Source of the DNA: a phage
DNA length: 64,000 bases
NCBI GenBank assembly: GCA_012401045.1
Contig: GCA_012401045.1_4704.1
Reading direction: 5' to 3' (one strand)
In this document: positions 30,850 to 40,871 of the stretch, piece by piece
Numbering within the stretch: position 1 is the first letter of the stretch
Layout of the letters: every line of letters starts with the position of its first letter
Notes under the pieces: model-generated
The model's input: the letters and a program-made list of their open reading frames with translations, nothing else
The model's database searches: none
Told to the model about the DNA's origin: nothing
Made by a program: the position numbers and the translations under genes

Positions 30850-31731
30850 TCAATAACAGTTATAATGGGTTCCAAGCCGCTCCGGTTTTCTCAGAAGACT
30901 ATCTTTAAGCGGTACGACGTCGATATCAACGTTTTCTGAATAATAACCATTAGAACTACCATACCAACGAATAACAACACATCCTTTTGCTGTACGAATA
31001 TGGTAAAACGTCCATCGCGTACGTTTGCAAAAGTCGTCATCCTCGTCTCTTTCCTCGGTTCTTTCTTCAGCGCTAAGTATCTTCTCACCAATAATGTCGT
31101 TAAGATCGCCATCGATGTCTTCAAGGTACACTTTTTCACAGCAATCTTGCTTATGGCAGAATTCAACAACGTTCCCATCGCCCCGATAGAAAAGAAGGGC
31201 AATACTGTATTGTAGCTGTTCGGCCGTTAAGTCTGTGGCGCAATACAAACTTTGATCTTCGGTTATCACCAAGACATTGTTGATTACGTGTCCGGCAAGC
31301 GCTCCGATCTTATTTACCGTGATAATCGGACGAACCGGTTCAGGTTGAACGATAGGGATACGAACACAGCCAATTAAAGCCATCCGTCCTTTCTTTGGTC
31401 TAACCGCAAGGTAAGGTGATTTTCTTGGGTGGTTATGTAGTCGTATTTCTACCTCGTTGAATTTAATCCCGTATATACCCAAAAACCGATCGAACAGTTT
31501 ATGAAATTCCTCGGTTGCCTCTTGCAGTGTGATGTTATTTACCGTGAGTTTATGTCCCCTGAACACCCGGGTTAAATCGATAACATCCAGTGTTTTGAAA
31601 TATATTTCCGTAAGGGGATGATCGGTGTTTTCCAGGTAAGTAATTGTTCTTTGAACCACGATTTTAGGTTGTGCACCTTTAAAACGTTTCAGGTATTTAA
31701 CACGATAACGGGTATGATCTGATGTTAACAT
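30850..31731 (-). CDS. hypothetical protein
   Basis: Track ORF trimmed to ATG at 31731 with GGAGAGGAG RBS, removing overlap with the upstream terminator hairpin. Confidence 0.5.
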   Translation of the reverse strand: MLTSDHTRYRVKYLKRFKGAQPKIVVQRTITYLENTDHPLTEIYFKTLDVIDLTRVFRGHKLTVNNITLQEATEEFHKLFDRFLGIYGIKFNEVEIRLHNHPRKSPYLAVRPKKGRMALIGCVRIPIVQPEPVRPIITVNKIGALAGHVINNVLVITEDQSLYCATDLTAEQLQYSIALLFYRGDGNVVEFCHKQDCCEKVYLEDIDGDLNDIIGEKILSAEERTEERDEDDDFCKRTRWTFYHIRTAKGCVVIRWYGSSNGYYSENVDIDVVPLKDSLLRKPERLGTHYNCY

Positions 31732-31789
31732 TTTAATCTCCTCTCCCGACTTCAGAGAATTCTTAAAATCCGTTAGTTTTGATAGACAG

Positions 31790-31827
31790 GATAAGACGGC
31801 ATAAAAGCCTCCCGTAATGGGAGGCTT
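31790..31827 (-). terminator. intrinsic terminator
   Basis: 9-bp stem AAGCCTCCC/GGGAGGCTT at 31805-31827 followed on the minus strand by UUUUAUGCC. Confidence 0.6.
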
Positions 31828-31838
31828 CATTAATCAGC

Positions 31839-32387
31839 TTATTTCACAAGAACAGCGAATTCGAGAACATGAATAGCTTCATCGTCCATCGGATTTGTCG
31901 TGGTATAACCAACGAAGCAATAGCCCATATCCGCGATAAACTCGCTAAGTTTATCGATGACTGATACCCCGATACGATCGTCAACAGACAGGCGACATTT
32001 ACGGGTTATGTTTTGCCCGCGAGGAACGCCAGCTAACACGGATAGGAAATGTACGATCCGGTTATTGGTTGCGAACTGCATGTAATCATCGTAGTACTTA
32101 AGGTCTTTCATCGCAGACTCTACCGTCATACGACGACCAGGTGACACATACTCAGAATAAGAATAAGCTGCGATCGTGCGGCGGTCTTCAGTGAGGTAAG
32201 TATTCCCTTCGGGATGATAACTCTCGACTGTTCCGTCTTCATAGGTGACGGTCACAACAGGTGCACCGTACTCGTCGCGACCGAAATCAATTTTACATTT
32301 ATCCGAAAGCGGTAGAACCGTGCAAGGTTTTGCACTGTTCTCATCAGGGAGATCGTAACCACTCATCATTTTCAAGAACATAGACAT
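31839..32387 (-). CDS. hypothetical protein, paralogue pair member A
   Basis: N-terminus (SMFLKMMSGYDLPDENSAKPCTVLP) parallels 32472..33005 (SVIVKVMGNCDTSDRNNAKPFTLHV). Confidence 0.5.
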   Translation of the reverse strand: MSMFLKMMSGYDLPDENSAKPCTVLPLSDKCKIDFGRDEYGAPVVTVTYEDGTVESYHPEGNTYLTEDRRTIAAYSYSEYVSPGRRMTVESAMKDLKYYDDYMQFATNNRIVHFLSVLAGVPRGQNITRKCRLSVDDRIGVSVIDKLSEFIADMGYCFVGYTTTNPMDDEAIHVLEFAVLVK

Positions 32388-32471
32388 AATAGAACCTCAT
32401 GATAATAGATAATAGAAATGATAGATAGTACAACAAATTGAGGGGTATTATCCCACCCCTCGTAGGGATTA

Positions 32472-33005
32472 CTACTTAACGATCGCGATGATTTTGCCAC
32501 CCGCACCGGCGTAATATGCCGTTAACTTACCAGTAAACAACTCTTGTAAAAGACGATTTACGTTACTAACAAAATTAGGATTGTCCGATTTTACAAACTC
32601 GATGTGTCGCGTTTGTTTTACATCACGATCGATTAAGCGTATTTCCAATAACGCACAAATAAGGCTATCGTCAAGTTCACCATTTGCATCCAGCACATTC
32701 CCATACGTCGTAGCACGGGCGTCTGCATACATACGGTCAACATCATCCTTCCCAAAACCACAGGAATAGGCATACGTTGCGATGGTATTACCATTATCCA
32801 TCACATAAACGTTACCGCCTGGGTAATCGATAAATCGTTGGGATTTATCGCCATGAGCGACGAACTCCAACGTCGGTTTACCCATCGAATTACGGTTGAA
32901 TTCAATTGTGGTCAAGCGATCTGGCACCACATGCAACGTGAACGGTTTCGCATTGTTACGATCGCTAGTATCGCAGTTGCCCATTACTTTTACGATAACA
33001 CTCAT
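32472..33005 (-). CDS. hypothetical protein, paralogue pair member B
   Basis: Tandem paralogue of 31839..32387 (shared ...IATYAYS... core). Confidence 0.5.
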   Translation of the reverse strand: MSVIVKVMGNCDTSDRNNAKPFTLHVVPDRLTTIEFNRNSMGKPTLEFVAHGDKSQRFIDYPGGNVYVMDNGNTIATYAYSCGFGKDDVDRMYADARATTYGNVLDANGELDDSLICALLEIRLIDRDVKQTRHIEFVKSDNPNFVSNVNRLLQELFTGKLTAYYAGAGGKIIAIVK

Positions 33006-33079
33006 GTTTTATTCCTTAGTAGTCCTAGTAGTAGTATTGAGGAATTTCACCTCATTAGATAGTCTATTTTGGTAATGTT

Positions 33080-33379
33080 TTACTGAAACAAGACATTAAA
33101 TTCGACAAGATACCCATCGGATCTATCGCCCCGATAACGGTTGCAGAAAACACCGAATTTCATCAAGAACGCACATAACTCTTCGGCTTTGTACAGCGGA
33201 ATACGATTTTCGTCGAGCAGAGGGCACTTATGGCTAACCCGCTCCGACGAATCAACGCAACACAAATAAAGAAGGAACCGAACGATAGCCCGGTTCTTAG
33301 TGAAGCTCTCGAATTCACCTGCGGTTCTGAACTCATCGAGGAGCTTTGTCGTTTTCTTCAATCGTTCACGATCAAGCAT
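33080..33379 (-). CDS. hypothetical protein
   Basis: 99-aa ORF; no motif recognised. Confidence 0.45.
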   Translation of the reverse strand: MLDRERLKKTTKLLDEFRTAGEFESFTKNRAIVRFLLYLCCVDSSERVSHKCPLLDENRIPLYKAEELCAFLMKFGVFCNRYRGDRSDGYLVEFNVLFQ

Positions 33380-33433
33380 GTTAACCTCAATACGAACATA
33401 ACCCTCCTCCTTCCCTTACGGGTTGGAGGAGGG
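33380..33433 (-). terminator. hairpin terminator
   Basis: 9-bp stem CCCTCCTCC/GGAGGAGGG at 33402-33433 with a T-rich downstream tract on the minus strand. Confidence 0.5.
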
Positions 33434-33442
33434 AATATGCTG

Positions 33443-33757
33443 TTATTCTGTTTTCGGTGTTGAACCGTTCTTCTTGAAGTCGGATTCGTATTTCACGTTA
33501 GAATCGAGAACCTCACGAACGGTTTTATCCGTACAACCACGAGCGATGTATGCATTAAGATCATCACGTAATTTACGCATCGTTGTTTTATCCACATCAG
33601 AAACATCTGACTTGGTAAGACGGAATGCGATTGCATCGCGAATTTTATTCAACGTTGCTGGGTTATTACGCTGTTCTGCAAATACCGCTTTGATGAACTT
33701 ATCGCTATCTTTCGAAGCAATAGCAGCATCAAGAATCTCAATATGCTTTTCAGACAT
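33443..33757 (-). CDS. hypothetical protein
   Basis: 104-aa ORF followed by a hairpin terminator. Confidence 0.45.
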   Translation of the reverse strand: MSEKHIEILDAAIASKDSDKFIKAVFAEQRNNPATLNKIRDAIAFRLTKSDVSDVDKTTMRKLRDDLNAYIARGCTDKTVREVLDSNVKYESDFKKNGSTPKTE

Positions 33758-33808
33758 CTTCTTTCCTTTAATAAACGATCATCGTCATATTCATTGCGCG
33801 TGACGTCG

Positions 33809-35038
33809 TCACTTCAGAAGCTTAGACGCCGCCATGCTTCGCGCCTTCGCAACGTCATACGCATCCATGATTGCGTCACCGATAGCGGTATGACGGATCA
33901 ACGGAATACCCATATCTGGATACTCTTTGGTACCTAAGATGGATACCGGTTTGTCTTGATATGCGGCAATCATCGAACGGATATCCTGAACCTGGTTATA
34001 ACGACAAACTGGCTTAAAGCCTGCTTTACGGAACCAATGCTCTAATTGAGGCCAATCTGTTTCACCGCGAGCAAGATAATAGAAGGCATCCTTACCGTAA
34101 TATTCGGTCATTTCATCACGGATATTGTTAACAAACGCATTCACTGTGGTAATGGCTTCTTTATAGTCCATCACTCCGTCATGCTGAAAACAATAGTCGC
34201 GCGCTTCCTTCGGTGCTTTGGTTTGCCACCATTCTACCGTGGACTTACTAATATCACCACCATCAGCGATTTGACCATAAACGTCAGGGAAGATATCTAT
34301 ACGTGGGCCGTTAATAACAGATTCTGGATTAGCTAGATCAAAGAACAAGATGCCGATTTCCAGCAGTACCCCGTTCTTTTCCAGACTGAGATTCTCCACA
34401 TCCAGGCAAAACGCAGGTTTCTCTACCGCTGAAAAATCAAAATATCCTTCGAAACGTGGCGTTGGTTCAGCAGCGAGAAACGTCTCATGGACGAACTGAG
34501 AGAATGTCTTATTCTCTGCTACTAAGTCAATGCCCAATTTACTTAGCAGTGGTATAAGCGCACGGTCGTTCTGCTCGATTATCACCAACTCTTGGTTTTT
34601 GATATAACGACCAATTGAGTAAAAAAGATGAACGATATCTAACGGTTTATACGGAGCCCCAAATGTTGTTCCCTGGAACGACTGAGCTAGCGCCTTATGC
34701 GTTTCTTCGCGATGATTCATCAGTTGGATAATAGCGCAGCGCAGATAATGCCGTAATGTTATCTCGTGAAGATGCGACGTATCTTCCTGAAATAACGTCA
34801 TGAAACCGTGATACGTATAATACTCTCCTCTTTTAATTTCTTCGAGGAGTTCTTTGTCCCCATTTATTTCCTCTGGTGTTATCGGTTCGATTTGATCGTG
34901 GATAATGTTGAGCAGGTCACTGCCGTGTACCTTAAACAGTTTTTCAACGTCAAGATTAGGTAAAGTCGCAATCGCCGCGTACATTAATGTTTCTGCGGGA
35001 TTAAGTTCTTTATTGTCAATTGTGATGGTTAAAGCCAT
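33809..35038 (-). CDS. protein with C-terminal DnaQ-like (DEDDh) 3'-5' exonuclease domain
   Basis: Track ORF trimmed to ATG at 35038 with GAGGT RBS. C-terminal half has FCLDVENLS (Exo I D-x-E) and HTAIGDAIMDAYD (Exo III H-x4-D) in the expected order. Confidence 0.45.
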   Translation of the reverse strand: MALTITIDNKELNPAETLMYAAIATLPNLDVEKLFKVHGSDLLNIIHDQIEPITPEEINGDKELLEEIKRGEYYTYHGFMTLFQEDTSHLHEITLRHYLRCAIIQLMNHREETHKALAQSFQGTTFGAPYKPLDIVHLFYSIGRYIKNQELVIIEQNDRALIPLLSKLGIDLVAENKTFSQFVHETFLAAEPTPRFEGYFDFSAVEKPAFCLDVENLSLEKNGVLLEIGILFFDLANPESVINGPRIDIFPDVYGQIADGGDISKSTVEWWQTKAPKEARDYCFQHDGVMDYKEAITTVNAFVNNIRDEMTEYYGKDAFYYLARGETDWPQLEHWFRKAGFKPVCRYNQVQDIRSMIAAYQDKPVSILGTKEYPDMGIPLIRHTAIGDAIMDAYDVAKARSMAASKLLK

Positions 35039-35082
35039 TTTGTTATACCTCATCGAAATCAAATTAGTTCAGTTCTGGTTTA

Positions 35083-35418
35083 TCATTCCGGTCTATCAGC
35101 AGCCAGACCAAGTCCAGTCAGCATCACGTAGTCGTACCAAGCTTTTACTTTTGCTTTCGCCTCATCTAAACTATCTGCGTTGATGTGCGAAAACTCATCG
35201 TTGACTGGGAAAGGTAAATCGCAGTCGTAGCTTGTATAGTCTTTCCAACCTTTCCATTCGATAGTTAGAGAACCAAAAACGGTCTCAGCAACAACGTGGT
35301 TATAGCGACATTCTTCACATGGCGAGCGCTCTTCCGACCAAACAAGCTCATGCTGCGCTAAAAGTTGTTGTACGACCGATAACGGTTGCTCTTCATTAAG
35401 TTCGATGCTGTCTATCAT
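35083..35418 (-). CDS. hypothetical protein
   Basis: 111-aa ORF coupled to the upstream gene. Confidence 0.45.
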   Translation of the reverse strand: MIDSIELNEEQPLSVVQQLLAQHELVWSEERSPCEECRYNHVVAETVFGSLTIEWKGWKDYTSYDCDLPFPVNDEFSHINADSLDEAKAKVKAWYDYVMLTGLGLAADRPE

Positions 35419-36011
35419 CGTATACCCTCCTTTTCCTTATCGTAATCGCTGCAAATATTGACAAACGCAGTATTATCAGACAGCGTGGCGACCATCTGAC
35501 GGATTGCGTCCAACGGTTCAAGTTTAGGATTGATTGATTCACCGGTCAACGCGCTTATTGCTCGTGTGATCTCAACCAAATCAACGTTCGGGTCGTTATC
35601 ATCGATGACGAGCAGACTCTTCGCTGGTTTCTGACGACGTTTGATGATCAACAAATACGTGATGAGATTCTCACGCCATGCGTCAGAATCCAGATTGCGT
35701 ATCAGGGTTAACGCACGACGTTCTTCCGCCCACGATGGTTTCTCACGGATAACAGGCATGTAAGATAACTGCTCAGCAAGTCCTTTCAAACTGACACGGT
35801 TGGTACCACCAGGATGCTCACTAATCCGCAACATCTCGGTTAACAGACGGACATAGGCGGCTGTTGTCGAAACACCCCTCAACGGCAGGAACACATTATG
35901 TCCTGGGACACCATCGTGACTCAGCGGTGCGATATACGCCATGAATCGCCGAATATCATCATCGGTCTGTTCCCCAGCAACGAACTTAAACGCTTCACGT
36001 AAAACGCTCAC
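35415..36011 (-). CDS. hypothetical protein
   Basis: 198-aa ORF; no motif recognised. Confidence 0.45.
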   Translation of the reverse strand: MSVLREAFKFVAGEQTDDDIRRFMAYIAPLSHDGVPGHNVFLPLRGVSTTAAYVRLLTEMLRISEHPGGTNRVSLKGLAEQLSYMPVIREKPSWAEERRALTLIRNLDSDAWRENLITYLLIIKRRQKPAKSLLVIDDNDPNVDLVEITRAISALTGESINPKLEPLDAIRQMVATLSDNTAFVNICSDYDKEKEGIR

Positions 36012-36297
36012 TATGAAGTCTCCTTAATGTTTCTTGCATACGTAGTCTCTTCGGCAGAAATAGACGTTTGTATAGATCAATTAACAGATAACGCATAACA
36101 GAAGCGACCACCAGGTATTCACCTTCAGCTTCCGAATAACGTATCATGTTAATTGGGTAATTCAAATAAGAATAAGAAAAGAGATCATCGTTGGTAAGGT
36201 GATGATCTTCAAGATACTGACGAAACAATTTTGCTAAGGCATCGTACTCCATTCCGTAGTAACACAACGACACCTGTCTTGCAGATAGTCGTTTCAT
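35995..36297 (-). CDS. hypothetical protein
   Basis: 100-aa ORF coupled to neighbours. Confidence 0.4.
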   Translation of the reverse strand: MKRLSARQVSLCYYGMEYDALAKLFRQYLEDHHLTNDDLFSYSYLNYPINMIRYSEAEGEYLVVASVMRYLLIDLYKRLFLPKRLRMQETLRRLHSERFT

Positions 36298-37136
36298 GCT
36301 GGGTTACCTTTTAGTTTTCCACGTATCATGTCGACAACGCGTGAGGGATCAGAAATAACATTGGCGATAAGATGATCGATAGGTAGGTCGAGAATGATAT
36401 TCTTCAGCTGGAAAGCCGTATCTTTACGACGCACGCCGTAGAACACGCCATCTTTAAACACAACCTCGTACGAGATGGGGAGCTGGCTAATAACCGTGTT
36501 AGCGTAATCACCCAACCACATCGACCCCGCCATCAGATGCGCACAAACCGCATGACTAATACGCACATCTTTGTTCTTCCGGTTAACGTCTTTGGTTTTC
36601 GACATGGTAACCAGAAGCTCACCGATCTTACTCAGCATATCGTCGTATACCCCAAAGAACTTAATCAGTTGTCGGGCACCTAACGATATATATGTTTCTC
36701 GTGGTAAGACACAACACACCTGCGGTAACGTTCCAACCCCATAGACACAACTGTGTGGTGATAATGGAAGCAAATCAGCAACCGCGTTCTTGATGTTGTT
36801 ATACTCAACGATATCGTTGAACGGTGAAAGACCTTTCGTAATCGGTTTATCAATCGCCACATCGAACTCCGCGAACGTCCATGCTGATTTACGTGGTTCC
36901 CCTTTCTGGTACGGTGGAGCCAGTACCGCGACAACACGAAGTCGATGTTCATGGGTATCACGTAGCTTAAGTTGGATACCCTCACCGTCACCCTCACGCA
37001 CAAGTGAGTAGCGGCTTGCGCAGTCATCACATACCACCGTTGGTTCGTGTTGACCGTATGCTGCAAGCATCGGTTTACTAAGATCTTTATCACAGTGTTT
37101 ACAGCGATGATCCTGTTCCTGATAACTAATTTTCAC
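36294..37136 (-). CDS. hypothetical protein with N-terminal zinc-ribbon-like Cys pairs
   Basis: CKHC ... CDDC near the N-terminus. Confidence 0.45.
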   Translation of the reverse strand: MKISYQEQDHRCKHCDKDLSKPMLAAYGQHEPTVVCDDCASRYSLVREGDGEGIQLKLRDTHEHRLRVVAVLAPPYQKGEPRKSAWTFAEFDVAIDKPITKGLSPFNDIVEYNNIKNAVADLLPLSPHSCVYGVGTLPQVCCVLPRETYISLGARQLIKFFGVYDDMLSKIGELLVTMSKTKDVNRKNKDVRISHAVCAHLMAGSMWLGDYANTVISQLPISYEVVFKDGVFYGVRRKDTAFQLKNIILDLPIDHLIANVISDPSRVVDMIRGKLKGNPA

Positions 37137-37151
37137 ACCGAGACCCCTTTG

Positions 37152-38108
37152 TTAATGCAAGACACGATCTGCTGGAATTATCGTGGCATTGCTGTCGGAC
37201 AGATTCGTCGCTTTACGATCAGGACTGAATCGACGAGCGTTCTCTTCATGGTAGTTGACGGGGTTATCCTGTTTTAACAGTTCCATTGCCTCATCAAACG
37301 TTAGTTCCCGAAATCCTCTTGGGTAGAGGAACAAGGGTTCATCAACATCCAGCCCTTTAACAAACCCGTGCGACAACCAGACGCTACCATCAGCACTGTA
37401 AAGAACCGGCTCAACATCATAATCCAAGACGTATTGATACCAATAATTAAACAGTTGAGCAATCCACCGATTACGTAATAAGTAATCGATCATAACCGCA
37501 CTACGCACGCTGTGACACCAGCCGATCTTACCATCAACTTTCTGCAACAACGTACCCTCATTTGCTTGATGGATAACCGCATTAAATAACCACGCAAGAT
37601 CGGTTGCGAAAAGTGCTGCTTCTTGAATATCGCTAACGTAACGCACGGGTATCGTCAGATGCGTGCGGTAATGCGACATCGCCTCTTCGTAGTTGTCTCC
37701 TTCGATGCAGAGAGTCCCGTTTGGTGACAGATGTCCCTGATTCAACGACTGACCGATATAAAGATCAGCGATCGCGTTAATATGTTCGACGGTACCCAAG
37801 GTTAACTCAGACATAAAACAATCGACATCAACAGCCATCGATGTACTGGAAACAAACGGATTGGCTGGGCGAGTTGTATTAGAGAAAATAATCGACCAAA
37901 TCGCTTCGTGTTTTTCATCCGATGGCAAAAACGAAATATGGCGTTCTGCGCTATTATCGACAACAAATACCTTTACGGTTTTCAAACAGCTAGTACAAAC
38001 ATAGCACGTGTTCGGCAACGGCATATCCGAAAACATATCGTAACGAATCGATGCCAGCGAAATGTCATGTCCGCAATGAGGGCATGTCGTATCAATAAGC
38101 GTTTTCAT
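37152..38108 (-). CDS. hypothetical protein with N-terminal zinc-ribbon-like Cys pairs
   Basis: CPHC ... CYVCTSC near the N-terminus. Confidence 0.45.
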   Translation of the reverse strand: MKTLIDTTCPHCGHDISLASIRYDMFSDMPLPNTCYVCTSCLKTVKVFVVDNSAERHISFLPSDEKHEAIWSIIFSNTTRPANPFVSSTSMAVDVDCFMSELTLGTVEHINAIADLYIGQSLNQGHLSPNGTLCIEGDNYEEAMSHYRTHLTIPVRYVSDIQEAALFATDLAWLFNAVIHQANEGTLLQKVDGKIGWCHSVRSAVMIDYLLRNRWIAQLFNYWYQYVLDYDVEPVLYSADGSVWLSHGFVKGLDVDEPLFLYPRGFRELTFDEAMELLKQDNPVNYHEENARRFSPDRKATNLSDSNATIIPADRVLH

Positions 38109-38338
38109 TATTGAATTCCTTTTGATAAGAATAACTGAATATCGGTAAACTGTTCTTCAGGAACATCGTCAGCAGCCGTTAGAACCTTAGGGCCGTGTTC
38201 ATTGAGGTAAGCTTCCCGTAGACGATGATGACGTCGATTGGCTTCCTGGAACTCGGTGTCCGTCATGTAAACCAGCGTAAACTTCGAACGTTTATTCGGA
38301 TTATATCTCTTATTACGTTTCTTTGGTTTCTTCGCCAT
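38108..38338 (-). CDS. small basic protein
   Basis: Track ORF trimmed to ATG at 38338 (MAKKPKKRNKRYNPNKR) with GAGG RBS; a perfect 12-bp hairpin lies just upstream. Confidence 0.4.
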   Translation of the reverse strand: MAKKPKKRNKRYNPNKRSKFTLVYMTDTEFQEANRRHHRLREAYLNEHGPKVLTAADDVPEEQFTDIQLFLSKGIQ

Positions 38339-38349
38339 AATAGCCTCGT

Positions 38350-38378
38350 GAAGGTGGATGGGTGTACCATCCACCTTC
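38350..38378 (-). promoter_or_regulatory. perfect 12-bp stem-loop in intergenic region
   Basis: GAAGGTGGATGG-gtgta-CCATCCACCTTC; no U-tract; immediately upstream of the RBS of 38108..38338. Confidence 0.45.
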
Positions 38379-38385
38379 CTCTATG

Positions 38386-38907
38386 TTAAAGTGCGTTCAA
38401 TTCTTCAGGTGTACGTACAGTACGCGTGTTAGGATCAACCATTGCTGGCACACCCGCTGGACATTTACGGACATCGATCCGCATTTCCGGCTCGATCGGA
38501 CGAACACGATACGTTTTACCGTCGTCGGTTAACACCGAAATGGTCAACGCTTGATTCAACTCACTAACGAAGTTCACCAAACGCTGTTGTCCGCCCTTCG
38601 ACCAGAAGTTAAGATCGGTTTCTCCATTGAAATAACTGATTCCATCAGCGGTTCCAATCGTGATTTTAACGATACCCGGATAGTCACGAAGAAGAGGTGC
38701 CTGATAACCTTCATCTTCCGTATCCAGTTTTACCCACGCGCCTCCCGTAGACAAGCAGTTAACTTCCAGGGCGGTTGGTGCACTGACTTCTGCTGATGAC
38801 CAGGTATACATCGTGCCTAGTTTAGCGTGTCCGGTTTCCAGTTCGCTATAATCCCAAGCATGTGCTGATGCCGTAATAAAGAAAGCCGCAAGAAATAACT
38901 TTTTCAT
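38386..38907 (-). CDS. secreted hypothetical protein
   Basis: Signal peptide MKKLFLAAFFITASAHA. Confidence 0.5.
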   Translation of the reverse strand: MKKLFLAAFFITASAHAWDYSELETGHAKLGTMYTWSSAEVSAPTALEVNCLSTGGAWVKLDTEDEGYQAPLLRDYPGIVKITIGTADGISYFNGETDLNFWSKGGQQRLVNFVSELNQALTISVLTDDGKTYRVRPIEPEMRIDVRKCPAGVPAMVDPNTRTVRTPEELNAL

Positions 38908-38961
38908 TCTTTCGATTCCTATTAAAAGTGACCGATTTCTGTGGTCGAGATTGCTAATAAA

Positions 38962-39423
38962 TTAATTCCGGTTTTGTTTCCGTATTGCACGGTTACGTTT
39001 ACGTTCTTGGTCTTTGACTGCACCAAGAAACTTCTTTAATTCTGATGGTTCGAGTGTACCCTCACGTACCACACCGTTTTGTTCGATATGGTACGACCAA
39101 TAACCAACTTCAGCCGTTAAGGATAACGTTGTCGGTTGCTCATCAGGTAACGATCGGGGTGAAAAAATAAAGAGTAATTCAAAAGGCGTTTCTCGGCTGA
39201 TGGTGGGACGGATACTCACATCGAGTCCCTCCCATCGCTGAGGTTTAAATATTCCTCCGGCGGCGATGATTGTCTCCGAGCGCTGGTCTACAAGCTCAGC
39301 TAATTCACGATCATCATTGAAATAAATATCGTGAAGGATATCCGTATCGATAAAAAACCCGCGATCCGAATCGTGACGAACAATGGAATTCTTCATTCTA
39401 ACGCCTTTATTGTTTGTTTTCAT
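38962..39423 (-). CDS. hypothetical protein
   Basis: 153-aa ORF; no motif recognised. Confidence 0.45.
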   Translation of the reverse strand: MKTNNKGVRMKNSIVRHDSDRGFFIDTDILHDIYFNDDRELAELVDQRSETIIAAGGIFKPQRWEGLDVSIRPTISRETPFELLFIFSPRSLPDEQPTTLSLTAEVGYWSYHIEQNGVVREGTLEPSELKKFLGAVKDQERKRNRAIRKQNRN

Positions 39424-39470
39424 GTCCTATACGAACATGAAAAACCGTTAATTTTTACCGTAGTCGCGTG

Positions 39471-39746
39471 TTAAAAATCCACCCCGCGACCCGTCATCGA
39501 CGAAGGAACCGCGCGATAATAGAAGTAGATGTAATGGTCGCGATGGCTAAAACAGTTTTTGCAAGCATAGAACTCTCCAGATCCAATGAATGATTTAATA
39601 CGTGTAACTTGAGGGTGTCGTGCGAGTAACGCCCGTAGGACGATTTCCATTTGGTGTGCGCTCAAACCGGGTCGAGCTGCGACATGATAATGAAGCTCCG
39701 TAAGAAATCGTTTCCAGGGATCAGTTTGTGTCGATGATCGAGACAT
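39471..39746 (-). CDS. hypothetical protein
   Basis: 91-aa ORF; no motif recognised. Confidence 0.4.
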   Translation of the reverse strand: MSRSSTQTDPWKRFLTELHYHVAARPGLSAHQMEIVLRALLARHPQVTRIKSFIGSGEFYACKNCFSHRDHYIYFYYRAVPSSMTGRGVDF

Positions 39747-39812
39747 CTTTATCTCCTTAACAGGTGCTGGTAACGCAGCATAAACCCTCCCCGAAGGGAG
39801 GGCGATTAACGA

Positions 39813-40370
39813 TTACTCCATCCATACTTCTTCGTCGTAATGATTTTCTATCGCATTACGCCAAAAACGCACGGTGTCCAAACTAATCGGTGCATAAAAA
39901 TGCTGATCAACGCCGACATTAAGTCCGTTGGCCTTCGCTAACATACAGCGATGAATATGACCGAATAAATTAAAGTAGCCTGGGTTTCTTTCGCTGGGCT
40001 TATGGCAGAGCCAGTAGGATTCGTCATTGCTAATCGGTAGCACCAACGGATGTTCATAAACCGCAGCAAACCCCATACCGAGCAGTTTATCACGCCAAGC
40101 TTCGAAGCTTAACCCTGTTGCTCTGCATGCGTCTTCGTCCCAATTCCCCAATACCAATTGAACCTGGATATCAGAACGAATGGCTTCCACGAACTCGAAC
40201 TTACCCCAATCACCTAAATGCCATAACACACTGTTCTTTGGAAGCTTATTGATGGCTTTCAGCATATGCTGGTTCATATCGGCGACGCTTGCGAACGGAC
40301 GGCGTGAATACGTCCATGTACGCTCGCTATCAAAATGGGTATCCGATATAAAGAAGATGGGTGAGGTCAT
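39813..40370 (-). CDS. calcineurin-like metallophosphatase
   Basis: Ordered metallophosphoesterase motifs SDTHF (D-x-H), GDW (GD), GNWD (GN-D) and GHIH. Confidence 0.65.
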   Translation of the reverse strand: MTSPIFFISDTHFDSERTWTYSRRPFASVADMNQHMLKAINKLPKNSVLWHLGDWGKFEFVEAIRSDIQVQLVLGNWDEDACRATGLSFEAWRDKLLGMGFAAVYEHPLVLPISNDESYWLCHKPSERNPGYFNLFGHIHRCMLAKANGLNVGVDQHFYAPISLDTVRFWRNAIENHYDEEVWME

Positions 40371-40849
40371 TGATCTAATTGCTCCAGAAACGCACGACCC
40401 GATTTACTTGCTTTTAAATGCTGTTCTGCGGAAGTAAGCAGAAGATCGGTTGGTGTGAACGCAGCGCTACCTTTCCATGCTGTTTTCAGTTTACCCTTTT
40501 CGATACTGAACTGAATCAGTTGTTGGGTACCGAAGTTAAGCGTGTTCGTCGCGGCGCTAAATACACCACCCATCATGCTGTAACCAAAGACTTTCACATT
40601 TTCCGTGTAGAAGTCATTGTCGATCAGTTTGTTCTGGAGCTCGAGTTGGTCGGACGGCAGCAATCCCCCATCAAAGACACTTAAAATACCAGCCAGGCGA
40701 TACATACTCACCTTTCCTGAAACGCCCACAACGTAATTGCCGTACAGGGTTTCTTCCAGTTTAGCAACAACGGTGCGATCGTCGGAGGTTTTCATCGAAA
40801 CCTCAATACCATCACCAATTTCTGTTAACGTTAAATCAACGATACTCAT
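40367..40849 (-). CDS. hypothetical protein
   Basis: 160-aa ORF coupled to the metallophosphatase gene. Confidence 0.45.
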   Translation of the reverse strand: MSIVDLTLTEIGDGIEVSMKTSDDRTVVAKLEETLYGNYVVGVSGKVSMYRLAGILSVFDGGLLPSDQLELQNKLIDNDFYTENVKVFGYSMMGGVFSAATNTLNFGTQQLIQFSIEKGKLKTAWKGSAAFTPTDLLLTSAEQHLKASKSGRAFLEQLDQ

Positions 40850-40871
40850 TCATTATTCTCCGCTTTCATGT

